Shown here in pieces: positions 62,901 through 64,000 of a stretch of DNA of 64,000 nucleotides; within the stretch, counting starts at the first letter, position 1; every line of letters starts with the position of its first letter. The notes under the pieces were generated by a model. That model saw only the letters and a program-made list of their open reading frames with translations, ran no database searches and was not told the origin of the DNA. A program made the position numbers and the translations under genes. Source of the DNA: Mobula hypostoma. Its lineage: Eukaryota. Where the stretch lies: NCBI RefSeq assembly GCF_963921235.1, contig NC_086097.1, forward strand, positions 124,994,001-125,058,000, in the 5' to 3' direction.

Positions 62901-64000
62901 GCTGTACTCACTGTACACCCATGATTGTGTAGCCAAGTTTCTATCCAACTCAATATATAAGTTTGCTGATGACATAATTGTAGGCTGTATCTCGGGTAAT
63001 GATGAGTTTGAGTACAGAGAGGAAATTAAGAACCTGGTGGCATGGTGTAAAGACAATAACCTATCCCTCAACGTCAGCAAGACGAAGGAATTGGTTGTTG
63101 ACTTCAGAAGGAGTAGCAGACCGCATGACCCAATTTACATCAGTGGTGCGCAAGTGGAACAGGTCAAAAGCTTTCAGTTCCTCAGGGTCAATATCACAAA
63201 TGACCTGACTTGGTCCAACCAAGCAGAGTTCACTGCCAAGAAGGCCCACCAGTGTCTTTACTTCCTGAGAAAACTAAAGAAATTTGACCTGTCCCCTAAA
63301 ACCCTCACTAATTTTTATAGATGCACCGTAGAAAACATTCTTCTAGGGTGCATCACAACCTGGTATGGAAGTTGTCCTGTCCAAGACCGGAAGAAGCTGC
63401 AGAAGATCGTGAACACAGCTCAGCATATCACACAAACCAATCTTCCGTCCTTGGACTCACTTTACACCGCACGCTGTCGGAGCAGTGCTGCCAGGATAAT
63501 CAAGGACACGACCCACCCAGCCAACACACTTTTCGTCCCTCTTCCCTCCGGGAGAAGGTTCAGGAGCTTGAAGACTCGTACGGCCATATTTGGGAACAGC
63601 TTCTTTCCAACTGTGATAAGACTGCTGAGCGGATCCTGACCCGGATCTGGGCTGTACCCTCCAAATATCCGGACCTACTTCTCGGTTTTTTGCACTACCT
63701 TTCTTCCGATTTTTCTATTTTCTATTTATGATTTATAATTTAAATGTTTAATATTTGCTAACTTTAACTGTTTTTAATGTTTTTAATATTTAATATTTGT
63801 AATCCAGGGAGTGTGAAGCGCAGAATCAAATATCTCTGTGATGATTGTACGTTCTAGTACCAATTGTTTGGCAACAATAAAGTATAAAGTATAAAGTATC
63901 TCTAACCTGTCCGTCTGAATATCGACTCTGCCTGTTTCCTGATTCTGGTTTTTGGATTTCTCTGGATGTTTTGATCTCTGCCTGAACTTTGACACCGACT
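59960..64000. mobile_element. Probable LTR (59960-60261 plus 63899 onward) split by the Rex1 insertion
   Basis: Starts tgtca, is pyrimidine-rich with cacctg motifs, and a similar composition resumes after the Rex1 tail. Based on pattern recognition only. Confidence 0.35.
60262..63898 (+). mobile_element. Full-length Rex1/Babar LINE (family B), frameshifted
   Basis: 5' aagatggcg and a GC-rich leader. EN motifs PTILLANV..ENK, CFTETWL, AGDFN and SDH; RT motifs [26 protein letters not shown] and KFADD (62521-63639). Tail aataaagtataaagtataaagtat. Confidence 0.93.

Overview
Vertebrate genomic DNA, most likely from a cartilaginous fish (inferred from the CR1, V-domain SINE, Rex1 and Penelope repertoire). 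The window consists mostly of nested retroelements. It holds two L1-clade LINEs: one near-intact with a perfect 16-bp TSD, and one decayed copy that carries two younger insertions. It also holds CR1 copies (including an ORF1 with an SGNH esterase domain), Rex1/Babar copies, an RTE copy, three Gypsy-like LTR elements with recognisable primer-binding sites, Tc1-like non-autonomous elements and SINEs. The most striking structure is a 2.65-kb near-perfect palindrome (4540-7192) made of two head-to-head Penelope-like GIY-YIG 3' halves. Each half ends in a minimal hammerhead ribozyme, and the whole is flanked by a 14-bp TSD. Smaller elements elsewhere repeat the same asymmetric fold-back architecture. 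Other notable items are a candidate HDV-like ribozyme in a non-coding repeat (36671-36901), a template-switch inverted duplication (425-608), a four-part chimeric retro-insertion (41410-44742) and one candidate host exon encoding a signal peptide (12496-12620, minus strand). All calls were made by eye and no database searches were run.
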